A program made the position numbers and the translations under genes. A DNA stretch of 64,000 nt from Octopus sinensis (Eukaryota): the NCBI RefSeq assembly GCF_006345805.1, contig NC_042999.1:110980001-111044000 (forward strand). The letters run 5' to 3'. The notes under the pieces were generated by a model. That model saw only the letters and a list, made by a program, of their open reading frames with translations. It had not been told where the DNA came from and did not search any database. Positions 13,586-28,597 of the stretch are shown here, in pieces. The first letter of the stretch is position 1. Each line of letters begins with the position of its first letter.

Positions 13586-13791
13586 TGTGTGTGTTTTTAT
13601 ATAGCTGACACACCCAAGTACAAGCAGATTTCTCTGAAAAGATGTGCGTCAAAGCATTGGTTATATTGTAAGGAGACAATAAAATGAATGTAATCTGTTT
13701 CGTAACATAATTAATTTCTTATCATGTGTTACTGCATTCACTAGTTTATAATCTTGTTCTTTTTCTCGCTTTCTGTATGTGTGTATGTCTA

Positions 13792-13866
<75 letters not shown>

Positions 13867-14933
13867 ATATCTTCTATCTCTCTCTCTCTCTCTCTCTCTC
13901 TTGCATTCTTCCCTGTATTTGTGAAAATTATGTATTGCTGCCGTAAGGCCTATTTCCCACACACACCAACTTAAATTCAATTTGTCCCCAGTCGAAAGAC
14001 ACTGTTGTTATGTCCTGTTGTTATTACTTTTATTGTATTTATATTGTATTTATATTTGTGTAACATTGTCTGTTTTCTGTTCTTGATTTTGTATACATTC
14101 GATGCTTTCTTCCAAGGAATCTAATGTTCTTAGCTTAGTTTTTCCTCGGGGTTGGCAAGATTGGAGCAATCTCAAGATTAATCATCCAAAATTGTGAGGA
14201 TTATCCGGTTCTTGACTGAGGATAGAAAGCTTCGAATGACCCATCCTTGTTTTTTTGTATCGGCTATCTGGATGTTTTGTTGTTCCTTTTTGTATCACCT
14301 AGTTGTCCAGATGTTTTGCGTTCTTGTCCCATTTTGTATTATATATATATATATACATATATATACATCACTAAAGTGATAAAGGACAGTAATCAGCACC
14401 AGTATTACTAATGCACATACACACACAGATATACATGTACAACATATATGCAAGTATATGTGTATATATATATATATGCAAACACTCTGTACAATATATT
14501 ATATGTACCCCTGTGGATACTCAGTGACATTAAATGAGGTTCTTACTACTAAAATTCAATTAATGTATGCCTTGATTATCATGAGCTCATTATCATAATC
14601 TTTTTACACCTACTTCCATCCATTATTGTATATCAATACTGTGATTCATTTCTTATTTATCTGGTGAATATGAAAGAAGTGGCTATGCTCCACTGATGAA
14701 GCCTAATAAATCCAAAACACGTCCAAAGTTGTACTTGTATTGTTATTGATCCACCGTTTATTCCCCACTTCTTGCAACATAAGTGTCACTATCTTTAAAA
14801 TGTTTTCTTTCACTAGTAATATATATATAATATATATATATATATATGTATGTATGTATATGTATATATATATATATATTATATATATATATGTATGTAT
14901 GTATGTATATGTATATATATATATATATGTATG

Positions 14934-15013
<80 letters not shown>

Positions 15014-15208
15014 TATATAGCTGACACACCCAAGTACAAGCAGATTTCTCTGAAAAGATGTGCGTCAAAGCATTTGGTTATATTGTAAGGAGACAATAAA
15101 ATGAATGTAATCTGTTTCGTAACATAATTAATTTCTTATCATGTGTTACTGCATTCACTAGTTTATAATCTTGTTCTTTTTCTCGCTTTCTGTATGTGTG
15201 TATGTCTA

Positions 15209-15283
<75 letters not shown>

Positions 15284-16235
15284 ATATCTTTCTATCTCTC
15301 TCTCTCTCTCTCTCTCTTGCATTCTTCCCTGTATTTGTGAAAATTATGTATTGCTGCCGTAAGGCCTATTTCCCACACACACCAACTTAAATTCAATTTG
15401 TCCCCAGTCGAAAGACACCTGTTGTTATGTCCTGTTGTTATTACTTTTATTGTATTTATATTGTATTTATATTTGTGTAACATTGTCTGTTTTCTGTTCT
15501 TGATTTTGTATACATTCGATGCTTTCTTCCAAGGAATCTAATGTTCTTAGCTTAGTTTTTCCTCGGGGTTGGCAAGATTGGAGCAATCTCAAGATTAATC
15601 ATCCAAAATTGTGAGGATTATCCGGTTCTTGACTGAGGATAGAAAGCTTCGAATGACCCATCCTTGTTTTTTTGTATCGGCTATCTGGATGTTTTGTTGT
15701 TCCTTTTTGTATCACCTAGTTGTCCAGATGTTTTGCGTTCTTGTCCCATTTTGTATTATATATATATATATACATATATATACATCACTAAAGTGATAAA
15801 GGACAGTAATCAGCACCAGTATTACTAATGCACATACACACACAGATATACATGTACAACATATATGCAAGTATATGTGTATATATATATATATGCAAAC
15901 ACTCTGTACATATATATTATATGTACCCCTGTGGATACTCAGTGACATTAAATGAGGTTCTTACTACTAAAATTCAATTAATGTATGCCTTGATTATCAT
16001 GAGCTCATTATCATAATCTTTTTACACCTACTTCCATCCATTATTGTATATCAATACTGTGATTCATTTCTTATTTATCTGGTGAATATGAAAGAAGTGG
16101 CTATGCTCCACTGATGAAGCCTAATAAATCCAAAACACGTCCAAAGTTGTACTTGTATTTGTTATTGATCCACCGTTTATTCCCCACTTCTTGCCACATA
16201 AGTGTCACTATCTTTAAAATGTTTTCTTTCACTAG

Positions 16236-16270
<35 letters not shown>
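13400..16270. repeat. Tandem duplication, ~1417-bp unit x2, with microsatellite boundaries
   Basis: gtgtttttatatagctgacacaccc at ~13590 and ~15007; the ORF MRIIRFLTEDRK repeats at 14194 and 15611. Confidence 0.9.
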
Positions 16271-16292
<22 letters not shown>

Positions 16293-16303
16293 TAGATAGA
16301 TCG

Positions 16304-16334
<31 letters not shown>

Positions 16335-17119
16335 GATAATAAGGAGAATGAAGGATTTGAACATTCATACTTTATGTTTATTTACAGTTGGTTTATTCAT
16401 AATAATTTTCCAATGCATTTTTTTATTGCCTCAATTGCATATTGTTGCATATTTATATGCAGCGATTTATGTATTATTATTACAATCTCTTCAGGGTATA
16501 TAAATATCACATTATTTGAAGAGGGGTTTTCCTCTGTTATTAGTTTGAATTAGGCTTGGTAGTAGTAGTAATAGTAGTAGTAGTAAACCATGATGTTCAT
16601 CGATGGGCTGTTTTTCACAATTGTAAATAAACACAAAGTTTGAATGTTCAAATTCTTCATTCACTTTGTTATCGAAATTGTACTTTACACTCTAAGTAGC
16701 CAGGAAAAAAAAAATGTAACATTGGTTGAGAGTTGAAGGAAGTTTACCATAAAATGCACCATCAGAAGGAACCAGCCTTGACATTTTACTCAGAGAAATC
16801 CGGTGTCTGCCCGGATATTATATCCTTACTCTTACTATATATATATATATATAATATACGTATGTATATGTATGTAGGTATATGTATGTATATATGTGTG
16901 TGTGTGTATATATATGTATGTATGTGTATACGTATGCATGCACCACACATGCATCTCAGGAGATAGATAGTTATGTATGTAAATATATTGAAAACCTGAT
17001 TGAATGATTATGTCTTCACTGATGCATGAAATTCAGTTAGATGGACTCCCTAATAACCATCAGGCCCTTTAATTCTAGACCTTGCTTCTACACCTGAAAC
17101 TTCTCTAGTTCTGCTAGTG

Positions 17120-17620
17120 ATTCAGCTACAAGTGCAAGGTCATCAGCTTAAAGAAGCTCCCAGAACAGCCTGTCTTGAATTCCTTTGTTATCACCTTGAG
17201 GACTATGGTGAACAAGAGGAGGCTGAGGACTGACCCTTGGTGAACCCTTAATTGTACCCTGAATTCTTCACTATACTCATTGCCAACCCTCACTTTACTG
17301 ACAGCATCCCTGTACATGGCGTGTACAGCTCTCACCCACCACTCATCTATCCCTAGTCTCTGCATTGATCACCAGATAAGGGATTGGTGGAATCCTGACA
17401 AAGGCATTCTCCATGTCAACGAAAGCCAAGTACAGGGGTTAATCTTTGGCTAGGTATTTCTCCTACAGCTGTCTTACCAGAAATATAGTATCAGTGGTGC
17501 TTCTCCCTGGCACAAACCCAAACTGCATCTCATCTAAACTAACTCTCTCCCTAATTAGTTGGGCTATGATCCTCTCTAAGACTTTATTTCTATAACAGCT
17601 CTTTGAACATTTTTTACTTT
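17120..17620 (-). pseudogene. Decayed RTE reverse transcriptase fragment
   Basis: LGIDEWWVRAVHAMYRDAVSKVRVGNEYSEEFRV...HQGSVLS aligns by eye to the RT at 49354-51198, with indels and stops. Confidence 0.9.
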
Positions 17621-17952
17621 TTTTTAAAACTCAGGCAACTGTTCTTTCTGAACATTCACTTTCATAGTTGATTAGGTAACCAAGGCCAGTGGTTCTGAAA
17701 CTGATGGGTTCTAACAATTGTCAACAAACTTCCTGGAAGAACAAAATAGGTTTGTATCTTTACAAATCTCCCTTCTCCCTGGTTTAAAAAGTTTTAACAC
17801 ATCTTCATTAAATGTAGTGATTTGCTGACCATTTTATCATTCCACACTGCCTCACTCATACGAGAAACACTGATTATAACATATGTGTGGCATATATGCT
17901 TATTCACATATATGTGCGCCTGTGTGTGCATGTATTACATAGTTGTATGTAT

Positions 17953-18200
<248 letters not shown>

Positions 18201-18225
18201 TATATATATACACACACACACACAC

Positions 18226-18307
<82 letters not shown>

Positions 18308-18313
18308 TAATTT

Positions 18314-18373
<60 letters not shown>

Positions 18374-18984
18374 ATAAGTAGAGAGACAGGTACATAGATT
18401 GACAGATATAGATAGATAGATAGCTGACACATTCATTTCCATATATTCAACCACAGTCCTATGCATTGCTTTATTTTCTAACAAAATATGGAAATCTCAA
18501 TAATTTTCTTCATTCTTTTTTTTTAAATGCTTCTTTTGTCTTTTATTTTCCTCGTTTCCTATCCATTTTACTTTTACCATTCATTTTCTTTATCATCATC
18601 ATCATCATTATTATTATCATCATGTTTTCTTTTGTACTTGTTTTTGTTTCTTTATTGAATTCTACGACCTTTTATTTTAACGTAAACAATTTTCTCATAA
18701 CTTCCTTTTCTATTTCTTGGTTTCCAACGATAATGATTCCTCTAATGTCTAACTTTGCTGTCAGCCATATTTTTGGAAATTGTATCTTCATTGTAAATTG
18801 TTCACGTCGAAACACAAAAGTGTTAAATCATGCCAGAAGTCTTGTTTATTTTTCATACCTATGAAAATATCAAAATCATAAAGCTATAAATGAGAGAAAG
18901 TGAGAGAGAGAGAGAGAAAGAGAGAGAGAGAAAGAACAATTACATTTCTGTAGAATGGTAAACAAAATTTGGCATTAATTAGTA

Positions 18985-19131
18985 CTTCAGTGTGTGAGAC
19001 TACTGCTGCTGTTGCTACCACTACTAATACCATCACCACCACCACCATTAATACTAAAAATGGTGCTGCTGCTACCACTACTGCTGTTGTGTCTGTTACT
19101 ACTGCTATTACTATCACTACCACCACTCCCG

Positions 19132-19174
<43 letters not shown>

Positions 19175-19274
19175 CACCATCACCACTACTACTACTACTA
19201 CTACTACTATTACCACCACCACCACCACCACACCTCCACCACCATCACCACTACTACTACTGCTGCTGCTGCTG

Positions 19275-19320
<46 letters not shown>

Positions 19321-19350
19321 CACCACCATCACTACTACTACTACTAAATT
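18985..19350. repeat. Compound trinucleotide microsatellite (CTA/CCA/CTG)
   Basis: Visible directly; source of the poly-T, poly-L and poly-V ORFs. Confidence 0.95.
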
Positions 19351-19977
19351 GTTTTCTACATCTGTAAATTCTTGGTTTGCTTTCTGGTTCTGTAATTTAC
19401 TAAATGACATCATCGTCACCATCATGCCCATTGCACTCATTATCCTCTTTATTGTCTTTTTTCTTTCTACTTGAGCCAAGTTTCTTAACTCTGTTTCTAT
19501 TTATAATGATTATACAAGGTGTAGGAAATGTATGCATACATTAGTCAAATACCACCCCTTATTTGAACAGTTTGTATTGGTTAATACTCAAGAAGTATTT
19601 AAAAGAAGAAAAACAACAAAAGAAAACAATAGTTGAGAGCATAGCATAAGTCAGGTGAAGAATTCCAGGGAGAGGAAAGTTGGTCAATCTTGATGCTGCA
19701 AGCTTCTTGTTGTTGTTGTGGTTGTTGTTGTTCAACTGGTCAGGCTTCATTGAGCAGAGATATGGTTTAAAGAATTCCTGCTATGACCATCTTCCTTTCG
19801 TTCATATACACACTTTATGTAGAACTACCTTATACACCATGTCCATCTTTTATTAACATGGTAGGAAGTGATTTAAGGAAGATCTAACTGCTATCACTAA
19901 CTAGTTGAGCAGCCAGCCATTTAGAGGATGCACTTATATGAATAAGAAGCAATAGGAATGTTTGGAATAAAAAAAAA

Positions 19978-20134
19978 GGAGTGGCTGTGTGGTAAGTAGC
20001 TTGCTTACCAACCACATGGTTCCAGGTTCAATCCCACTGCATGGCACCTTGGGCAAGTGTCTTCTACTATAGCCTCGGGCCGACTAAAGCCTTGTGAGTG
20101 GATTTGGTAGATGGAAACTGAAAGAAGCCCGTCG

Positions 20135-20181
<47 letters not shown>

Positions 20182-20390
20182 TTGTGTGTCTGTGTTTGTC
20201 CCCCAACATCGCTTGACAACCAATGCTGGTGTATTTACGTCCCCGTAACTTAGTGGTTCAGCAAAAGAGACTGATAGAATAAGTACTAGGCTTCCAAAGA
20301 ATATGTCCTAGGGTCGATTTGCTCATCTAAAGGTGGTGCTCCATCATGGCCGCAGTCAAATGACTGAAACAAGTAAAAGAGTAAAGAGTA
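19978..20390 (+). mobile_element. tRNA-derived SINE family B, full length, CORE-like
   Basis: Head ggagtggctgtgtggtaag...ggttcaatcccactg, then ggcaccttgggcaagtgtcttc (similar to the CORE-SINE domain), an internal (TA)(TG) microsatellite and a 3' aagag-like tail; at least 10 copies in the window. Confidence 0.85.
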
Positions 20391-23300
20391 AATAGGCAGG
20401 CATAAGAGAGTGGTCTTTAGTGGTGATGGAAATACTTTCATTCTTAGTTTCAGAAGGATTTACAATTATTGTTATCACTGTTCCTTTCTTTTTCTCTTCA
20501 CATTTTATCAATTGTTTATCACTGGCTCTGGTGTACGTCTTCAGGAATACCAAGACATTCAAAAGGATTTGCAAATGTTACTTTTGCGCTTAATTTGGTC
20601 TCAGCCACTTTACTATTATTTTACATATTATTGAGAGATTATGCTCATTAAGTAACTTATCTATATTCTTCAGTCTGGAAGCCTCTAATGATATTTCAAG
20701 TAGGTGTTTTAGTCAAAAGATTCTTGTTATAAATAGATTTATTTAGGTTTCTATTTGCTACATCGGTAATTTCTTAAAAGCAAGTCACTCTTCTTGCAAA
20801 AGTTATTTTTCTTTTATTTCTTCACATATTTTGATAAGATTCCTTCCTAATGTAAATTCTAGAATGCTTCAGATATGTTTAATGGACTCTTGAGGGGCCA
20901 GTGCTTAGCTCTATTTTAAGATCACTAGCCCTTTTGATGCCAGCCTATTGCAACTTGCCTCTGTTTTTTTTTCTACACAAACCCTTTTATTTTAAAATGT
21001 TTTTGTTTCTGTTAAGGTTCCATAATAATTCTATATAAAGAATATCTTTGCTAACATATGTTCCAAATGCTGTATGACTATAGAAAGCCTTAATCATTTT
21101 AATAAATCCCACCAAATTTTGATTACTTCCAAAATTAATTGCAGAATGTTGACAATCAGTCTATTTCTTAAATTAATAAGTAAGACATCAGTATATTGCA
21201 GGTAATACTTCTTGATGACCTTGTACACATATACACTGGCTGGATTTCTAATATATGACAAAACATCTGGAATAGGTTTAACCTCAAGAGCTTTAAGCCC
21301 TGTATTTCAATTCTACACTTTCTTGCTTGTTTTGTTTTATTCGTATCTAATATTACAGCAATATCTTTTATTTGGCAGAATTTGTTTGCTGCTTTTCCTC
21401 CACTTAACATTGACAATACTTCTTTTCAGTGTTAAGGGTTCTCTCTGAAACAATATCTTCTCAAATTTTTTACAATAGGACAAATTTATATAATTTAATC
21501 TCAACTGAAGCACAATTTCTTGAATGAACTAATTACATTTATGATTAACATGCATATTTATCCTCTTGCATTTTATCCATTGGACCTGTTCAAAATTATT
21601 TTTGTTTATATTCGTCAAGCTTCCCAGTGTCCAAAACTGAACATCCTTCAGTCGTTTTCTCAGTTATTTCCCCATAGAGTTAACTCAAAACACGTTTTGT
21701 ATTACTGTTAGTCAAAATATTATAGATTGGAATAAAAATTATTCGTCAAAATAAATACATTATGGTAGTTATTTCAGTATCTTGTATTTACTGGTAAAAA
21801 ATATTTCACCACATATTCTTTTGTCATTCCCACACTCTCAGATAGATTAAATAAAACAGTTATTATTTTTGTTTAGCTACAGTTCAGTCCTGACTATGTT
21901 GGCCAAAAGATTTTTTCAAGAGAGGGTAGATTATATTTAGAGGAAGTAACATAGTTAAGTACTTAAATTCTAGATGTTGTTGTGTAACTCAAACAAATCT
22001 ATGGTATGTAGGTAGTTAGACAAGCAATTATGGGCAGACTTGTTATTCCAGATATACTAAGTCATTCTCTATCTGAGAGCCATTCTGATGTACAGTTGCA
22101 AATTACATGAGATGCAGCGTGACAGTTTGAATATGTTGTGTTCTGTCCACTGTCCTGTCTCTTTTTCTATACCTGTCTGTTATAATTTAGCCCCAGGCCA
22201 GCAATGATCCTACAGACTTATGAACCAAAGTATTCCATTAATGACTGTGTCTCATCTTTTATTCAAGCAATGTATCTGAGACTAGATTATTCTCCAAATA
22301 TGTCTTAAATTTGTTAAAAATAGAAAGTGATGGGAAGGAGATTTGGCTTCTTTTAAAAGCTAAATCTCCTTCAAATGATAATAAATGCCTCATTGATTTC
22401 TGAGTCTATAAATTCTAGTAATAACTGTACCACATCATTTACTATTGATAGACTAGTGGTTATTTTCTGGTGTTGAATCTGTGACGCTCATGTACGTTGA
22501 GTAATTTCATTAATTCCATCTACCAGCACCTTTCAGCTTGAGAAAGATGGTCTCTGCCTAACTTACTTACTCTTCAAAAAGCAGGAGATAAAAACCTTGG
22601 GAGATACACAATATGAATTACAAAGCATTTTTATTCAAATATAAATTGTAGAAAATATATGCCTTTCCTCATTCAAGTGTATCAGGAGCATAAGCGTAGT
22701 TCACTGGAAGCTTATCTCCTACCAATTCAACACAGTTCATCACCACAGAATATCTTCATATATGAAAAAAGAAATATAAAGAAAAAAAACACAAAAAACA
22801 TAGCACTTCTCTAACAGAAATCAAGAATCTCAATGATATAAGGTTGGGAGGGAAGTAAAGGAAATGAAAACATTGAGCAACAGAGAGATATATTGGACTG
22901 AAAACATATCTGATCTGTATATGACAGTAGATTTTTTTACTGCTCTACTAATAAACAGAGGTGGGAAGGTTTACAATATTGATTCTTAAGACAATATGGT
23001 AGTCGAGGAAGACCAGACAGAACAAAGGAAAAAATAGAGAAAAAGAAAGAAAATAAAAACAGTGATGGAGTGGTTAACTTTTGCAAATATTTAATACACA
23101 TTACAAATTACTGGAATCCTGAATTTATTAACCCAGGCTTCTTTACATTTCCAACTTACATTTTTACTTTCTCTTCCCTTTCCTCCTCTTCGTCTTCTCT
23201 TTCCACTTCTTACAATTTCCATCCCATCTTCTTCTCCTTAATGTTCTTTATCCTCTTTTTGTTCTCCAGCCTTGTAATTCCTCTTCAACATCATTGTGTA

Positions 23301-24070
23301 GCCAGTGTGAAGATGTGTATGTTTGTATGTTAGTGATGGTGCTTGCGTATAAATGTCTTAAGATGTGACTGTTTTCGTACACTTATATGTGTGTGAGTAT
23401 ATTTGTTATTTGTGTGTGTGTGTATGTAAATAGATTGGTAAATAGATTAATATATATGCAGATAGATGGCCATACAATACAAATAATAATAAAATACATA
23501 TAATACATACATGCATGCAAGCATACATACATACATACATACATACATTGGTGTATGAATGTATTCTTCTCTTTATATATCCTTATGCAAGTATGTATAA
23601 ATATTTGCATATTTTCAAGTTTAATTCAGACAGAATTTTCCTAGAAAACAGAATCCTTTCCCCCATTCCTATATATCTGTTTGTATCTCAATTTTGCCAG
23701 AGGTCTCATATTTTGGCATTGGTTCTCTGACTTGACATCATCTATTCCAGGAAATTTCCACTTGGCTCACTTCATCTTCAGTTACCATCAGTTGGTGATG
23801 TTTGACAATTTGCTTATCATTCATTATTGAGTGAGTTTATTGTTGGTGCTTCCTTGCTTGCTCATAACCAACTCTTTGTATCGTATTAGAAACAAGTAAA
23901 GATATACACTTCTCCTCTTACAAGGTATCAGATTTTGTGGCCTAACATTTTAGAGATCTTCAAGACACTGGTTTACTTCAATAGTACACATGCATACACA
24001 CACACAAACAAACATGCATGTGTGTGTGTGTATGTATGGTTATATATATTTATATATATATATATATATA

Positions 24071-24300
24071 GGCGGAGAGCTGGTAGAAACGTTAGCGCGC
24101 CGGGCGAAATGCTTAACAGTATTTCATCTGTCGCTACGTTCTGAGTTCAAATTCCGCCAAGGTCAACTTTGCCTTTCATCCTTTCGGGGTCGATAAATAA
24201 AGTACCAGTTTCGCACTGGGGTCAATGTAATCGACTTAATCCCTTTGTCTGTCCTTGTTTGTCTCCTCTATGTTTAGTCCCTTGTGGGTAGTAAAGAAAT
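24071..24300 (+). mobile_element. SINE family A
   Basis: Head matches 520-660; tail matches the reverse of 56250-56330. Confidence 0.8.
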
Positions 24301-25806
24301 ATATATATATATATTTATATATCATTGCACTGATCAGGCTATTGAATGTTGTTGCATACTGCTGGTCACAGTGTGCTTCCTCAAACTGTTGTAGCTTTCA
24401 TATGATGCCAACCTGTTGGCTAGGTGACCAGGCCAATATGCATGATTGCATATACATACAGGGTGCAGCAGTATTTGTTTTTTGTTTTTTTTAGTATATC
24501 ACTTTCAAGCGCTCTAAGTTTCTTCTAAGTTATTGTTTTTTACTTTACTTTTCAGATGAATTATGTCAGGCATCTGGTTAACTCAGAAAATGAAAAGGCT
24601 GTCAGTAATTGTTATCTTCAAAGTGCAGCATACAGAGATAGCTCACTTCTGGAAAACTGCCCGATTCTTAGTTGTCAAAGTTCAAAAGGAGTTATTTGAA
24701 CATCATCATCATCATTTCATTGATGACAAGTGTTGTTATTATCATTGTCATCAACATAATCGTTATCACCACGATCATCATTGTTAATAGCTTAAAGTGA
24801 TTTTGTTTTCCTATGCCGGCTTATGTTGAAGTGGCCTACTACCCTCACCATATCACCAACAGGAATTGGTTTCTCTTCTACCGTGCTACAGTCACTGACC
24901 TAAGATCTGATCCAATCACTGACCTAAGACCTGGTCCCATCACTTTCGCCATCTCACATCTTCCAACTTCCTCTTCTATAGCTATCTTTAACTGACAGTC
25001 TCCTTGTAAATCCTTTAAAACCAGTAAGCATTATTTGGTTGTCTCATATATCCACAAGAGTGCAGTCATCCTTCATGTCTTTCCCCTCAGCTTTCCATAC
25101 TTGTTAACTTTGTAATTAAATTCATAACTAACCTGTTGTTACTTATTAAACAGGGACACATTCCAGTAAGTACTGAAGTTTTGAACTTTCTGATAATTAC
25201 AACTTTTGTTAGCAACCTATTCAACTCCTACTGGTGTACTGAATCCTTCAATAAATTTGCTGACAGTCTTCATCTATTTATGCCCTCATTCAACACTTTG
25301 AAACACTCTTATAGGCCAGTCATCTACATCTTGTTGCCACACATTGACAGCAACAAACTTTCTTCTAATGATAGCTGATCTCTCCAGTAGTGTTGCTAGA
25401 GGTGGGGCAGTTCACCCCAGGAAACACTGTTGTGGGGGTGACACCTTTTCATCTACTGTATTATCCTGTATAGGCTTATTGACCCAGAGACTGGCATGGG
25501 CAAACTCAAAGGCTGCCCTTGGTTGCAAAAATTCTTGCTATGACACTGGCCCTCGTGAAGAGCTATTGTACTAGATCTGTGATGGGTTTCCTTCAAACTA
25601 CCTGTAGCTGGAGAAGGGGCACTTTTCCTGCCTCATTTGACCAGTTGTTTATGCAGGAGCATTTCTTTTCCTTCAATAAATTCAAGCACTGTCTGCTTCG
25701 TATTAGCCATTCTGATGGCTCAGCTGATGAGACAAGAGTGATTATACATAGATTGCTTCATCTGTTAGAAGTAGCAGCAAAATATTGCAAAGATTACCCC
25801 TTACAT

Positions 25807-26079
25807 CAGTGGTTCCCAAACGTTTTGGGCTGCCACCCCCTTGACACCCAGGCCACATTCCTAGCGCCCCACCCCAACTAACCATCACAAACATAGACCT
25901 CTTTCTGAAGCAAATTCAAAGCAATTGTATTTCACAAATAAGACTTAACCTAATGAACCCCTTATTTTGCTGTTTTTACATGAATCGCTACCCCATTATT
26001 GCCCCATTTTTCTTCAACACAGGTTTGGGACTTTCTACCACCCCCAGAGGGGCAATACCGCCCACTTTGGGAACCACTG
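25807..26079. mobile_element. hAT (Charlie-type) MITE
   Basis: TIRs cagtggttcccaaa / tttgggaaccactg; perfect 8-bp TSD ccttacat at 25799-25806 and 26080-26087. Confidence 0.9.
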
Positions 26080-26789
26080 CCTTACATTCTTGATAGGAGT
26101 AGAAGGAATAGGAGAAAGCAAGTAGAAAGAAATTATATTTAAAATGTTTCAAGAAAAGCAAAACAACATGAAGATAAGAAGCATGAAGCTTTCTGAATCT
26201 CTCTATATATGAATTTCTCTTTATATGAATTTGGGTATTATTGTGCTTACTTTTGCTGTTGTTTTTATTTAATATCAGGTCAACTTTCATGAAGCCAGTC
26301 TATAACCAATAAGACACTACTGACCAAGAGTATCCAATATTTTATTTACACAATATACCCTTTCTAAAATAATAGCAGTCTATCATATGAATAAAATTTG
26401 GCTGTTATTTTTAGCAGAACAAATAACCAATTAGATACTTCATCAGTGGCTCATATGAAATGGGATAATAGAGGGAAATACATATTTGAAACAACACTTG
26501 AGTAGTTGGCATTATGAAGAGACATAAAAGTACTTCTCAGGTTATTGAAGCTCATGTTTATCTCCAGGTCAGCTTTGAATGAGCAAACCAACCTCTCAAT
26601 TTTTTAGCATTGCATAGTATATTAGATTACTTTACCTAATGTGCCTCTTTCCTATCCAGACAGTATGGTGTAAGTTGAGACAGATTTTGTTGCCATTTTT
26701 AGCAAACTGAGTGACTGCATAGAAGTAATATAGTTGGTTCATTTTGTGAATAATTGTTCTATGCTATAAGTTGCTATGAGTCACAATAT

Positions 26790-27160
26790 GTATGGTAAGA
26801 AACTTGCTTCCCAACTACATGGTTCTGGGTTCAGTCTCACTGTATTGCACCTTGGACAAGTGTTTTCTGTTATAGCCTTGGGTTGACCAAATCCTTGTGA
26901 GTAGATTTGGCAGGCAGAAACTGAAAGAAGCCTGTCATATATATATAAGTCTATGTGTTCATATCTTTGTATTTGTGTTTGTTCCACACGACTGCTTGAC
27001 AACTGGTGATGGTGTGTTTATGTTCTTGTGACCAATAGAATAAGTACCAGGTTTAGCAAAAAAGAAAATTTTAAAATTAGTACTGGGGTCAATTCATTCG
27101 ATTAAGAATTCTTCAAGACAAAACCCCATGACTGAAACAAGTAAAAGATAAAAGATAAAA
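26790..27160 (+). mobile_element. SINE family B, degenerate
   Basis: tggtaagaaacttgcttcccaactacatggttctgggttcagtctcactg...gcaccttggacaagtgttttc. Confidence 0.75.
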
Positions 27161-27195
27161 GATTCATAAATATATGTATATATATATATATATAT

Positions 27196-27541
27196 CTTTC
27201 TTTTGACCCCCTTCGGTCATGAATGACAATGGGATTGCACCTAGAAAGTTACCCTTCTAGGCATGAGTCCGGGCAAGGTTGCTTATGGAAGACTAGCATT
27301 CGCCCATGCATACCAGCCTCCCCTCTCCATGCCACCGATGTTATCCAAGGGAAAGGCAAATGCCAATACAGCTTGGCATCAGTGATGTCACAACTCATTT
27401 CTATAGCTGAGTGAACTGGAGCAATGTGAAAAAATATGGTGTCTTGCTCAAGAACACAATGCACAGCCCAGTCTGGGATTTGAGCTCACAACCTCACGGT
27501 CGTAAGATTGACATTCTAACAACTGAGCCATGCACCTTCAC
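27196..27541 (-). mobile_element. tRNA-derived SINE family C
   Basis: Reverse complement of 29455-29790; tRNA-like head gtgaaggtgcatggctcagttgttagaatg. Confidence 0.8.
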
Positions 27542-27607
27542 ACACACACACATACATATGTATATATATATATATATGTATACATACATATGTATATATA
27601 TATATAT

Positions 27608-27641
<34 letters not shown>

Positions 27642-28159
27642 ATATATTATATATATACATATATATATATCAAGAGGTAAATACCAAAAGACGAATAATC
27701 TAAGCCACTACACTTTCATGAGTTCAACATGTGAGCATTATCTTGATGTGCTTTATAGAATGTCGGTAAATTATTTAAGGTTGAATACATTTATGGCTTT
27801 GGCAAGGAAATCTAAGTCATTGTAGTGCAGTCTAAGTTATATTATAGATGTTTGGTTGGCATGAAAAATCCCAAGAGACTATGAAAACTAGTGATTGCAT
27901 ATGTAATGTTATATTTAGCTGTGAGTTGTTCATCAAAAGAAATGTTATAATGTTGGCGCTGTTGAGTGAGACTAGGTTAGAATGACCCACAAATTTAGGA
28001 TATTTAAAGAATTTTTTGTTTTTTATTTTTGTGGTCTCTTTGCACACAGGCTGTGCATGTCAGTTGAGAAAGCTAAAGATGCTTCTAAATGTTAGGTGAA
28101 GGCTCCACAGAAAGATGAATGTGATTTCATCACATTGGAAATATCTGTATCAATAAATC

Positions 28160-28390
28160 ATCATCATTGTCATTATCTTCCTCCTCAAACCTTTCCTCTT
28201 CTACCTCCTCCTCTTCTACCTCTTTCTCTTCTTCCTCCTCCCATCTCTCTCATCCTTCCTCTATCCCTCCTTCTCCTCTTCCTCCTTCTCTTTTTCATCT
28301 TCCTTCTCCTCCTTCTCCCCTCTTTCTCATCTTTCCCCTCTCCCTCTTTCTTCTCTCCTATTTCCCTCTCCTTCCCCACCCCCACCATCA
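28160..28390. repeat. Polypyrimidine (CCT/CTT) low-complexity tract
   Basis: Visible directly; source of the L/P/S-rich and K/R/E-rich ORFs. Confidence 0.9.
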
Positions 28391-28597
28391 TTTTTACAGC
28401 CAGTAAAACTGTACAGAATCTAACAGATGAGCAAACCACATCTTGCTCCCACATATCACTTTCTGTATCCTTTCTGTCTCTGGATGGTCTACCTAACACC
28501 ACCACCTAGCGATGAAAGCTCATTCCAACCACAAAATACTATATGCTTTTTCTAGTGACCAACTGCTGCTGATCTTGCAACAGGAGAAACAAGTAGT

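Noticed and set aside
14685-14735. ctgatgaagcc HHR-like start (also near 16108 and 44362)
   Set aside because: No closing stem II strand or GAAA follows.
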